A stretch of DNA of 64,000 nt from Gemmatimonadota bacterium (GTDB lineage Bacteria; Gemmatimonadota; Gemmatimonadetes; Gemmatimonadales; GWC2-71-9): NCBI GenBank assembly GCA_003222155.1, contig QHUU01000054.1, positions 65,612 through 129,611 of the forward strand. Reading direction: 5' to 3'. Positions 8,833-17,160 of the stretch are shown piece after piece (the stretch's first letter is position 1; every line of letters begins with the position of its first letter). Below the pieces are notes generated by a model, which did no database searches, was not told where the DNA came from, and worked only from the letters and a program-made list of their open reading frames with translations. The position numbers were made by a program, and so were the translations under genes.

Positions 8833-9696
8833 ATGGTGACCGTGTGTACCGTCCTTCCGCCTCCCGAGCGGCCCCGCCTCGACGCCGCCGCGGACGGCTG
8901 CTTCACGACGCTCCACGCCGCGTCGTTGCGCGATGCGCTGCGCGCCGCGCGGCGCAAACGGGTGGACGCGCTGGTCCTCTCGGTACATGCGTGCCGTGGT
9001 GAAGAGCTGCCGGCGGTCGCCCGTTTCGTGCGCGAGTTCCCGGCGATCCCCGCCGTGGCCCTCGTGTCGCGCCACGATCGCGATGCCTCGGAGACGCTGT
9101 TGCGCCTGGGCGCCACCGGCGTTCGCTCCGCGGTGGACTGCTCCGAGCCGGCGGGATGGCGGCGCCTGCGCGATCTCGTCGGCCACCCTGCGTCGCCGGT
9201 GGCGGCACGCATCCTCGCCCGCGTCGTCCCGGCGCTCGCCGACGCGACGGGCGACGTGCGCGCGTTCTTCGAGGCTATCGCGCGGCTCGCGCCGGTGCTC
9301 GCCACCGTGCGCCGGCTGGCGCGCCATCTCCGCATCTGCCCGAGCACACTCATGTCTCGGTTCTACCGGGGGAGCCTGCCATCCCCGAAAACCTACCTGG
9401 CCGGCATGCGGCTCGTGCACGCGGCGTATCTGTTCGGCAACCCCGGCTTGTCGGTGAGCGACGTGGCGTACCGGCTCGACTACTCGTCGCCGCAGAGCCT
9501 GGGGCGCCACTTGAAAGCCATGCTCGGGGTCACCGCCGGCGAGTTCCGCCGCCGCTTTCCGTTCGAGGTGGCCCTGGAGCGCTACGTGGACCTCTTGATC
9601 ATCCCGTACCGGGACACCCTGCGCGCGTTCTGCCCACTCAACGCGGGCCTGTGGGACCAAGGACCGAACGTGACTCGCGTGTCCCGGGCGGGATGA
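8833..9696 (+). CDS. AraC-family transcriptional regulator with a degenerate receiver-like N-terminus
   Basis: C-terminal AraC HTH LSVSDVAYRLDYSSPQSLGRHLKAMLGVTAGEFRRR. The N-terminus has a beta/alpha receiver-like pattern (VDALVLSV..., PAVALVS). Confidence 0.8.
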   Translation: MVTVCTVLPPPERPRLDAAADGCFTTLHAASLRDALRAARRKRVDALVLSVHACRGEELPAVARFVREFPAIPAVALVSRHDRDASETLLRLGATGVRSAVDCSEPAGWRRLRDLVGHPASPVAARILARVVPALADATGDVRAFFEAIARLAPVLATVRRLARHLRICPSTLMSRFYRGSLPSPKTYLAGMRLVHAAYLFGNPGLSVSDVAYRLDYSSPQSLGRHLKAMLGVTAGEFRRRFPFEVALERYVDLLIIPYRDTLRAFCPLNAGLWDQGPNVTRVSRAG

Positions 9697-11469
9697 TCAG
9701 TCCGCGGCGGCGCGCCGCACCGGGCGCTCCGGGGCCGGCTGCTCGCCGCTGAGCACCGAGAACCGCGCGATGCTGGCGCGCAGCCGCTCCGCGAGCTGCG
9801 CCAGCTGCTGAGACGTCGCCGTCAGGTCGCCCATCGACGTGATCTCGGCCTGCGTCGCGGCGGCCGCCCCGTCGGCGCTCTGCGACGATGCGCTGGAAAT
9901 GGCCGCGACCTGCTGCAGCGACTGCGCCAGCTGCGCCAGGCGCTGCGCCTGGCTGCGCGACACCTCCGCCGTCGCGTTGACCAGATCGCCCACCAGCTCG
10001 ATCCCCTGGTGCAGCTCCTGGAGGGCGCTGTCCGCCTCGGCCGCGACGGCCCCGATGTCGCGCACCTTCGCCTCCCCCGATTGCATGGCCCGCGCCGCGG
10101 CGTCGATGCCGGCGCGCAGCTCGGACACGAGCTCCGCCACCTCGCGCGCCGACTTCCCCGCCTCCGCCGCGAGGGCTCGCACCTCGTCCGCCACCACGGC
10201 GAATCCTTCTCCGTGCTCCTCGGCCCGCGCCGCCTCGATGGCGGCGTTGAGCGCGAGCAGATGCGTCTGGCGCGCGATCCGCGCGATGGTCTGGGCGAAC
10301 ACGCCGATCCGCTCGGACATCCCCGACAGGCCCGCCACCGTCGACGCCGTGGCGCGCACTTCCTCCCCCACCGTGCGCAGCGTCTGGCTGGCGCGCGCCA
10401 CGCGCTCCCGACCGCGCTCCGCCGCCGCCACCAGGCGCGCGGCATCGGCCTGCATCAGTTCCGCCCGCACGCGCAGCGCCTCGGCCTGGTCGGCGGCCTT
10501 GGCACTCTCGCCGCGCGCACCCTCCGCCATGTCGCGCTGCTTGCCCAAGTCCCCCGCGAGCCGTTGAGCCGTGTGGGTCACGGTCTCCGATGTCGCGTGC
10601 AGCTCCTCTGCCGATGCCGCGAGCTCTTCCGCGAACGCCGCCACCTCGTCCGCTTCACGTTGCACCGTCGAGATCGTGCCCCCGATCTCCTCGATCATCT
10701 TGTTGAAGCTCTTCTCCAAGAAACCCAGCTCGTCGGACTCCTCCGCCGCCGCACGCACGGCGAGGAGCCCGTGCTCGGCCTCTCCCATGATGCTGCGCGT
10801 GCGGCGAATGCGCTGGATCAACGTGGCCGGGATCTCCTTCAGCGTCATCGCCACGACCATCAACGTGACCGTTTCGAGCACCGGCGCCGTGGCAAGCGCG
10901 GCCTCGCCGCCGTACAGCGCGTAGTGCGCCTGAACGGCGCCAAGGTACGCCAGTGCGGCCGTGAGGACCAGGAAGTTGCCGACAGTGTGCCCTTGATCGA
11001 ACGCGTACGGCAACACCGCGATGAGGAAGGCGACCACGAAGCCGCCGTGGCCGAACCAGACGATCAGAACGGCGACCAGGCCGACGTCGAGCAGCGCGAG
11101 CGCGTAGATCAGCCACCAGCGGTACCAGCCGCGCTCGTTGATCATCCCGAGCAGGGCGTTGAGAATCAGGCCGGCGCCCGCCACCAGGACCATCGTCCCG
11201 GGTCGCGTCCGGACCGCTCCAACCGCCCACCCGATCAGGCCGAGGACGAGGCCGGTGCCCACGAGCCACCAGCGGCGGCGCAGGCTGCGCGCAATGGTCT
11301 CCAGATCCTTCAGGCGCTGCTCGAGACCGGTGGCGTCGTCCTTCCAGCCGCGAATCTTCGACGCCAGTGACGGCCGGTCCGCCGCGCCCGCCTGGACGGT
11401 CACTTGGTCAGCCCCTCCTGCCGTATGATCACGCACGTCGAGCATCATACACCCTGCCCCGTCCGACAC
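9697..11469 (-). CDS. Methyl-accepting chemotaxis protein with a multi-TM N-terminal sensor
   Basis: HAMP-like segment, then the MCP signalling core [33 protein letters not shown]. Several N-terminal TM helices. GTG at 11469; ATG alternatives at 11448 and 11445. Confidence 0.9.
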   Translation of the reverse strand: MSDGAGCMMLDVRDHTAGGADQVTVQAGAADRPSLASKIRGWKDDATGLEQRLKDLETIARSLRRRWWLVGTGLVLGLIGWAVGAVRTRPGTMVLVAGAGLILNALLGMINERGWYRWWLIYALALLDVGLVAVLIVWFGHGGFVVAFLIAVLPYAFDQGHTVGNFLVLTAALAYLGAVQAHYALYGGEAALATAPVLETVTLMVVAMTLKEIPATLIQRIRRTRSIMGEAEHGLLAVRAAAEESDELGFLEKSFNKMIEEIGGTISTVQREADEVAAFAEELAASAEELHATSETVTHTAQRLAGDLGKQRDMAEGARGESAKAADQAEALRVRAELMQADAARLVAAAERGRERVARASQTLRTVGEEVRATASTVAGLSGMSERIGVFAQTIARIARQTHLLALNAAIEAARAEEHGEGFAVVADEVRALAAEAGKSAREVAELVSELRAGIDAAARAMQSGEAKVRDIGAVAAEADSALQELHQGIELVGDLVNATAEVSRSQAQRLAQLAQSLQQVAAISSASSQSADGAAAATQAEITSMGDLTATSQQLAQLAERLRASIARFSVLSGEQPAPERPVRRAAAD

Positions 11470-11636
11470 AAGCCGCAGGGCCGCCGTGTCTCGTGACGAG
11501 TCAGCGTGCGCTGTTATGAGCCAGGAGCCGGGCGGGCTGGATGCGATTCCACGCTCACCGGCGACGGGCGCGGCGGGGCATGAGTCATGCGCGACCGCGG
11601 GCCGAAGCGACTTGTCCCCGTTGCCCTGGAGGCACG

Positions 11637-12449
11637 ATGCGAAATCATCTGACCATACTGTGTGTGATCGCGAGCACCCTCGCGCTAGCCGCCTGCACCG
11701 AGGGGACCGCCTCCCGCGGCATCGCCCCGGTCAGCCTCGCGCTGTCGAGCGCCGGGAGCACAACGGCTCCGGCCGCGGCCCCAGCCGCCGCATCCGAGAC
11801 CTTCACCGACGGCACCAACACACTCGTGATCTCGAGCGTGGAGGTCGTGCTGCGCAAAGTGGAGCTCAAACGGGCCGAAGCGGCAGCCGGATGCGCGACG
11901 AGCACGTCCGGCATCACCGCGTCCGAAGATGGGGGGTGTGGCCCTGAGAACGACGAACTGGAGGCGGGGCCGGCCCTGGTAGACCTTCCGCTCGGCGGCA
12001 TCGAGCGCACATTCACGGCCGCCGTCCCGGCCGGAACCTTCGACGCACTCGAATTTCAGATTCACAAGCCAAGCAACGACGGTGACGCCGCCGACCAGGA
12101 CTTCCTCAAGGCGCATCCCGATTTCGCCGGGATCAGCATTCGCGTGAAGGGAACGTTCAACGGCGCCGACTTCACCTATACGGGCGATCTCGATGTACAG
12201 CAGGAGTTGACCTTCCAGCCGCCGGTGGTCGTTGAGGCCGGGAAACCGGCGTCGGTGACGATCCGGCTCGACCTGGATGGGTGGTTCCGGAGCGATGGCG
12301 GCACGGTGGTGGACCCCGCGACGGCGGCCAAGGGCGCCGAGAACGCGAACCTGGTGCGCGACAACATCGTCCGGTCGTTCCACGCCTTCCAGGATAACGA
12401 CGAGGACGGGATGGACGACGGGCACGAGGGTCACGACGGCGGGCACTGA
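11637..12449 (+). CDS. Lipoprotein, DUF4382-like
   Basis: GGAGG 5 nt upstream of the ATG. Lipobox [14 protein letters not shown]. Pattern [15 protein letters not shown]...LVDLPL...[13 protein letters not shown] resembles DUF4382. Acidic/His-rich tail. Confidence 0.65.
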   Translation: MRNHLTILCVIASTLALAACTEGTASRGIAPVSLALSSAGSTTAPAAAPAAASETFTDGTNTLVISSVEVVLRKVELKRAEAAAGCATSTSGITASEDGGCGPENDELEAGPALVDLPLGGIERTFTAAVPAGTFDALEFQIHKPSNDGDAADQDFLKAHPDFAGISIRVKGTFNGADFTYTGDLDVQQELTFQPPVVVEAGKPASVTIRLDLDGWFRSDGGTVVDPATAAKGAENANLVRDNIVRSFHAFQDNDEDGMDDGHEGHDGGH

Positions 12450-12472
12450 CTCGCGCTCTGCGGACTCGGCGG

Positions 12473-12510
12473 AGGAAGGCGGCGCGCTGGATGCGCCGCC
12501 TTCTTCATTT
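12473..12510. terminator. Hairpin terminator between convergent genes
   Basis: GAAGGCGGCGC (12475-12485) pairs with GCGCCGCCTTC (12493-12503), followed by TTCATTT. Confidence 0.5.
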
Positions 12511-12518
12511 GGGGTTTC

Positions 12519-13511
12519 CTACTCGATGAGGGCGGCGATGTCCGCCGCGGCCGCCGCCGCGCCGAGTCCGCGGTACAGCGCGATCGCCCGCTCGCGGGCG
12601 GCGCGCGCTCCGGGCGCGTCGCCGTTCGCCTCCAGGGCGGCACCCAGATCGCGCTCGATCTCGGCCAGCGTGTGCGCGCTTCCCTGCCCCCGCGCGAGCT
12701 CGCCTGCCCGGCGGAGCCAGGCCGCCGCAGCGGAGCTGTCTCCTCGCGCGCGCGCCACGCCGGCCTCGAGCCGCCACACCTCCGCCAACCCGACCGGATG
12801 CTGGAGCCGCTCGTAGGCCGCCGCCGCCCGTGCCAGCTCGGCCGCGGCCAGCTCCACGTCTCCCTGGACCAGGTGCAGCTCCGCGCGTCCCGCAAGGGCG
12901 AGGGCGGAGAGTGCCTCGTCCCCGAGCTGCTCCGCCAGCCGCACCGCCTCTTCGGCCGCGGCGAGAGCGCCGCGGTAATCGCCCAGGGCACGCCGGCTGA
13001 TTCCGATGTTGTGCTGCGTCTCGGCCATGCCGCGCGGCAGCCCGGCCTGTTGATACGCGGCAAGGGCGAGCTGGTAGCTGGCGAGCGCCTCGCGCCACTC
13101 GCCGCGCAGGTTCGCGATGATGCCCAGGTTGTTGAAACAGCGTGCCTCTGCCGCGTGGTCGACCAAGGCACGAGCGAGATCGAGCGCCGCGGCGACGTGC
13201 GACTCGGCGCCGTCCACGTCCCCGCCCTCCAAGGCGATGGCGCCCTGGTAGTTGCGCGCCCGCAGCTCGGCGTGACGCTCGCCTCGCTCTCGGGCCACCG
13301 CCAGGGCCGCTGCCGCCCACCGTGCTGCTTCGTGATGGGCGCCCAGCCGCCCGTGCGCCTCCGCCGCCAGCAGGGCGAAGGGCGTCCGTGTGGCGATCGC
13401 CTCGGCCGGGAGCCGCTCGAGCCGGTCCAACACCTCCCGGTGGCGACCCCGCTCGACGAGGGTGCGCAGCTCGGCGAGCAGTGTCGCTTCGTCGGCTAGC
13501 GAGCTCAGCAC
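12519..13511 (-). CDS. TPR-repeat protein
   Basis: Repeated A/L/Y/G TPR-like helical pairs, e.g. ARCFNNLGIIANLRGEWREALASYQLALAAYQQAG. GTG start chosen at 13511, behind GGAGATGAGGGA; the track ORF extends to 13646 and overlaps the upstream gene. Confidence 0.7.
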   Translation of the reverse strand: MLSSLADEATLLAELRTLVERGRHREVLDRLERLPAEAIATRTPFALLAAEAHGRLGAHHEAARWAAAALAVARERGERHAELRARNYQGAIALEGGDVDGAESHVAAALDLARALVDHAAEARCFNNLGIIANLRGEWREALASYQLALAAYQQAGLPRGMAETQHNIGISRRALGDYRGALAAAEEAVRLAEQLGDEALSALALAGRAELHLVQGDVELAAAELARAAAAYERLQHPVGLAEVWRLEAGVARARGDSSAAAAWLRRAGELARGQGSAHTLAEIERDLGAALEANGDAPGARAARERAIALYRGLGAAAAAADIAALIE

Positions 13512-13528
13512 GACGGGTCCCTCATCTC

Positions 13529-14134
13529 CTACCAGGCAACGGCGTATTGGGAGAACTGCAAGACGTCGGCGTCGAACTCCGAGAGCTCCACGGACTTCAC
13601 CGCCGCCATCTTGAACCACAGCGAGTCCGGGGGCTCGCCGCGCCACAGGGACAGGAGCCCCTCGATCTCCGCGTCACTCGAATCGACACTGCCGTCCCCG
13701 TTGTAATCGGGGTCGGCGTAGTGGTACTCCACCCTCAGTCGGGCGGGATCGTTCGGATTGAACTGGAGACGCGACGGCTGAAAGTCGAACCGGAACTGTT
13801 TCGGGTCGATGACGGTGACCGTGATCTGGATGGAGTCCCCCGGGGCGAACGCCGTGCCGTCGGGCTTCCGATAGAGCCCGTCACCGGGCACCTCGAAGCG
13901 GAGGAACTCCGCGCCCGAGTCGGCCGGGGTGCTCCCCTGATAGACCAAGCGCACCCTGCGGGCCTCTCCGACTTTTGCGTAGAACGTGCCCCGCGCGGAG
14001 AGCAGCGGCTTGTAGGTGGAATCCTGACGCACGAAGTTGAGCGTCGCGCGCGGGGGCGGGGTGCCGGGGCCGCTCGAATTGCTGCACGCTCCTGCCAGCG
14101 CCAGCGTCACGAACGCGAATAGCAGCCGTCGCAT
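13529..14134 (-). CDS. Hypothetical lipoprotein
   Basis: ATG at 14134 preceded by GGAAGGA. Lipobox FAFVTLALAGAC. Confidence 0.65.
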   Translation of the reverse strand: MRRLLFAFVTLALAGACSNSSGPGTPPPRATLNFVRQDSTYKPLLSARGTFYAKVGEARRVRLVYQGSTPADSGAEFLRFEVPGDGLYRKPDGTAFAPGDSIQITVTVIDPKQFRFDFQPSRLQFNPNDPARLRVEYHYADPDYNGDGSVDSSDAEIEGLLSLWRGEPPDSLWFKMAAVKSVELSEFDADVLQFSQYAVAW

Positions 14135-14170
14135 GTGGATCCTTCCGGGCTCGAGGTTAGGGCCTGAGAG

Positions 14171-14186
14171 GGCAAGGGCCGGGCCA
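14171..14186 (-). promoter_or_regulatory. Candidate sigma-54 (-24/-12) promoter
   Basis: The minus strand reads TGGCCCGGCCCTTGCC, against the consensus TGGCACG-N4-TTGCW. GG and GC have correct spacing. It lies about 38 nt upstream of the lipoprotein ATG and directly downstream of the sigma-54 activator gene. Confidence 0.5.
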
Positions 14187-14249
14187 TGGTAAGTCACTAT
14201 TGCGCAACGTGATGCAGGCCACAACCTGGTTCGCGTCGAGGCACGTGGC

Positions 14250-15614
14250 TCAATTCGGGTCAGCTTCCGCATCCTCTGTATCCTTCCCCTCGAGCAGGCG
14301 CTGCAACCGCGAGCGAGAGATGCCGAGCCGGCGCGCGGCTTCGGAACGGTTGCCCGCCGTCGCGTCGAGCATGGCATGCGCGGCCGCCCGCTGGATCTCC
14401 GCGAGGCGTGCCGGGAAGGGCAGGGGCCCCGCGCCCGGCGGCGGGGACGGACTGCGTGCGAGCTCGGGGACGGCGAGGGTCCCGGGCGGGGAGAGCAGCA
14501 CGGCGCGCTCGATCGCGTTCCGCAGCTCCCGGACGTTCCCCGGCCAGGCGTGCGCGAGCAGCGCGCGCCGCACCTCGGGCGTGACGCTCGGCTGGGGCAG
14601 CTTGTATTGCTCCCCGAACTTCTTCAGGAAAAACTCCGCGAGCAGGATCACGTCGTCCCCGCGCTGCCTCAGGGGGGGAAGCTCGAGCGTGATGACGTTC
14701 AGCCGGTAGAACAGGTCCTCACGGAAGCGCCCCGCGTGGACGGCGGCAGGCAGGTCGGTGTTGGTTGCCGCCACGATCCGCACGTCCATCGTGCGGGTGA
14801 CCGTGGCACCGAGGCGCCGCACGCTCTTCTGGTCGAGCGCCCGCAGCAGCTTGCCCTGGAGCTCGGGGGCGAGATGGTCGACCTCGTCGAGGAACATGGT
14901 TCCGCCGTGCGCCACCTCGAACAGACCGGGTTTGGCGGTCTTGGCGTCGGTGAACGCACCGCGCTCGTGTCCGAACAGCTCGCTCTCGAGCAACGGCGCG
15001 GGCAGGGCCGCACAGTTGAGCTCGACGAACGGAGCGGCCGCACGCGGTCCCCCGTAATGGAGCGCGCGGGCGAGCAGTTCCTTGCCGGTGCCGGTCTCAC
15101 CTGTGATCAGAATGGTGGCATCGCCATGCGGCACGACGCGCGCCGCCCGCTCGAGCGCCGCCGCGAGGGCCGGGCTATCGCCCACGATGTCGCGGAAGGC
15201 GTGCGCCTGCGCTTCGAGTTGCGCCAGCGCGGCGCGGCCGAGCGAGGCGCGGCGGCGTTGCACGGCCGCAGCCAGGGTGTCGCGCAGCCCGTCGCGGTCG
15301 TCGGGGAGCGCGAAATAGTCCGCCGCCCCCGCGGCCACGATTTGCGCCGCCAGCCGGTGCGATGCCGCCGCGCCGATGACGATGACGGGTACGTCCCCGG
15401 GCGGCGCCAGTCGGGGGAGCAGCGCCGCGACGTCGGCTTCGTGCCCGCCCGCGGCGACGAGCACCGCGCCGGCCCCCGCGGGGGGAGGCCCGGGTTCGCC
15501 GGGCGTCCACTCCGCGAGCAGCACGCCGAGCTCGCGCGCCAGGGCGGGCCAGAAGTCGCTGAATGAGTCGCTCAACCGGACCACGAGCAGCGTGACGTCG
15601 CGGGACGTGGTCAT
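14250..15614 (-). CDS. Sigma-54-dependent transcriptional activator (NtrC-family bEBP) with a degenerate receiver domain
   Basis: Walker A GETGTGKELLARALH, sigma-54 contact loop ESELFGHERGAFTDA, C-terminal Fis-type HTH GNRSEAARRLGISRSRLQRLL. ATG at 15614 overlaps the pyrE stop (ATGA). Confidence 0.9.
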   Translation of the reverse strand: MTTSRDVTLLVVRLSDSFSDFWPALARELGVLLAEWTPGEPGPPPAGAGAVLVAAGGHEADVAALLPRLAPPGDVPVIVIGAAASHRLAAQIVAAGAADYFALPDDRDGLRDTLAAAVQRRRASLGRAALAQLEAQAHAFRDIVGDSPALAAALERAARVVPHGDATILITGETGTGKELLARALHYGGPRAAAPFVELNCAALPAPLLESELFGHERGAFTDAKTAKPGLFEVAHGGTMFLDEVDHLAPELQGKLLRALDQKSVRRLGATVTRTMDVRIVAATNTDLPAAVHAGRFREDLFYRLNVITLELPPLRQRGDDVILLAEFFLKKFGEQYKLPQPSVTPEVRRALLAHAWPGNVRELRNAIERAVLLSPPGTLAVPELARSPSPPPGAGPLPFPARLAEIQRAAAHAMLDATAGNRSEAARRLGISRSRLQRLLEGKDTEDAEADPN

Positions 15615-16171
15615 CGCACGCCCAGGTCCCGGGGGGTGACGAGGACTTCGACGGTATGGCCCGCCTGCTCCAGCGCCGCCCGCCCACCCTCCTCCCGGTC
15701 CACCACGGCGAGGACGCCCAGCACACGGCCCCCCGCAGCGGCGACGGCGGCGATCGCGTCCGCCGCCGAGTGGCCCGTGGTGATCACGTCTTCGACGACG
15801 ACGACGGCGGCTCCGGGCGTGAAACACCCTTCGATACGCTGTCCGGTCCCGTGAGCTTTCGCCTGCTTGCGGACCGTGAAGGCGTCGAGCGGTCGGCCCT
15901 GGGCGTGGGCGGCAGCGACGATGGCGTAGGCCACGGGATCGGCGCCGAGCGTGAGGCCCCCGACCAGGGCGGGCGCCCAGCCCCGGGCGTCGAGGCGCTC
16001 GAGCCCCAGAGCGCCGATGAGGGCGAAGCCTTCCCCCGACATGGTGGTGCGGCGCGCATCGATGTAGAAGCTGGACCTGCGCCCCGAGGCGAGCGTGAAG
16101 TCGCCGTGAGCGACCGATCGCTCCCGCAGGAGCTCGCGGAGGCGTCGCTGGAGGTCCCTTACTGCAGTCAT
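15611..16171 (-). CDS. pyrE: Orotate phosphoribosyltransferase
   Basis: HGDFTLASGRRSSFYID and PRPP-binding loop VVVVEDVITTGHS. Confidence 0.92.
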   Translation of the reverse strand: MTAVRDLQRRLRELLRERSVAHGDFTLASGRRSSFYIDARRTTMSGEGFALIGALGLERLDARGWAPALVGGLTLGADPVAYAIVAAAHAQGRPLDAFTVRKQAKAHGTGQRIEGCFTPGAAVVVVEDVITTGHSAADAIAAVAAAGGRVLGVLAVVDREEGGRAALEQAGHTVEVLVTPRDLGVR

Positions 16172-16180
16172 AGAGCCATC

Positions 16181-16202
16181 AGTAGTAGCATATGCTACTA
16201 CT
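16181..16202. repeat. Perfect 22-bp AT-rich palindrome AGTAGTAGCATATGCTACTACT
   Basis: Read directly from the sequence. It spans the kinase TAG (16201-16203) and ends 9 nt upstream of the pyrE ATG (16171). Confidence 0.85.
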
Positions 16203-17118
16203 ACCGCGTGTCACGCCGGACGACACGCTTGAGCGCGTCGAACCAACCGAGCTTGAGACCGGATCCGGTCGGGCCCGCCGTGACGCCCACCGTCACCTCG
16301 TCGGCGAACGCTGCCACGGTGGGCTGCCGCCTCGCGGGATCGCGCTCCAGGCCGCGCATCACGGCGGCCTCGAGGCCCGGCGGGAACCGCCGGTCCGGCG
16401 CCGCCTGGCTCAACGGCCGTGGCGGCTGCGTGAGCAGTTGCTGGAACAGCTCCCGCGGCGTGCGTCCCGTGTGGGGGTGCTGGCCGGTGAGCAGCCAGTA
16501 TGTGATCGTCGCGAGGCTGTAAATGTCGGCGCGCCCGTCCACCAGCTCGCCCGACAGCGCCTCCGGTGCGACGTATTTGAGCGTGCCGACGAAGAATCCG
16601 GTGCGCGTGAGCCGCTCCTCCGGCGGCAGCTCGGCGTCTCGGGCGATGCCGAAGTCGAGCAGCTTCACCGCCTGCTGCCCGGCGTCGTACACGATGTTCT
16701 CCGGCTTCAAGTCTCGATGGATGATCCCTGCCTGGTGTGCCGCCATGAGCGCGGCAGCCAGTTGCCGCACCACGTTGGCGACCAGGGGCGGAGCGAGCGG
16801 ACCGGCGCGGTGTACGTAGTCCGCCAGCGACTTGCCGTCGGCCCACTCGAGCGCGAGGTAATACAGGCCGTCCGCTTCCCCGTAATCGTAGGTGCGCACC
16901 ACGCCGGGGTGCTGCACGCGCGAGCCGTAGCCCGCTTCCCGCAGGAAGCGCTTGACCACCGTGGGGTCGCTCGCGAGCCGCGACCGCAATACCTTGAACG
17001 CACACGCACCGCGCTCGGGGTGCTCTGCGCGGTACACTTCGGCGGTGCCTCCCTCGCCGACGCGCTCGAGGAGGCGGTAGCCGGCGATGGTTCGACCGGC
17101 GAGGTTCTCGCTGGGCAT
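16201..17118 (-). CDS. Ser/Thr protein kinase (305 aa)
   Basis: HRDLKPENIVY, DFGIARDA, GTLKYVAPEA. Confidence 0.9.
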   Translation of the reverse strand: MPSENLAGRTIAGYRLLERVGEGGTAEVYRAEHPERGACAFKVLRSRLASDPTVVKRFLREAGYGSRVQHPGVVRTYDYGEADGLYYLALEWADGKSLADYVHRAGPLAPPLVANVVRQLAAALMAAHQAGIIHRDLKPENIVYDAGQQAVKLLDFGIARDAELPPEERLTRTGFFVGTLKYVAPEALSGELVDGRADIYSLATITYWLLTGQHPHTGRTPRELFQQLLTQPPRPLSQAAPDRRFPPGLEAAVMRGLERDPARRQPTVAAFADEVTVGVTAGPTGSGLKLGWFDALKRVVRRDTR

Positions 17119-17160
17119 TGGGAACGCGCGAAACTAACGCCCGGATTTGAGGTTGAGCAA

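Noticed and set aside
14210-14250. Enhancer (UAS) palindromes for the bEBP (TTGCGCAA at about 14210; CACGTG core near 14243)
   Set aside because: They are only 6-8 bp and imperfect beyond the core. They are expected by chance, and their position only 25-70 nt upstream of the -24 element is atypical for bEBP sites.
16192-17160. N-terminal 323 codons of the 777-aa plus ORF; likewise 59069-59896 of the 926-aa ORF, 32151-33290 of the 756-aa ORF and 32777-33304 of the 579-aa ORF
   Set aside because: These extensions run antisense to, or out of frame through, recognised genes (kinase, ECF sigma, PLP enzyme). Good lipoprotein or ordinary starts with SD-like sequences exist downstream.
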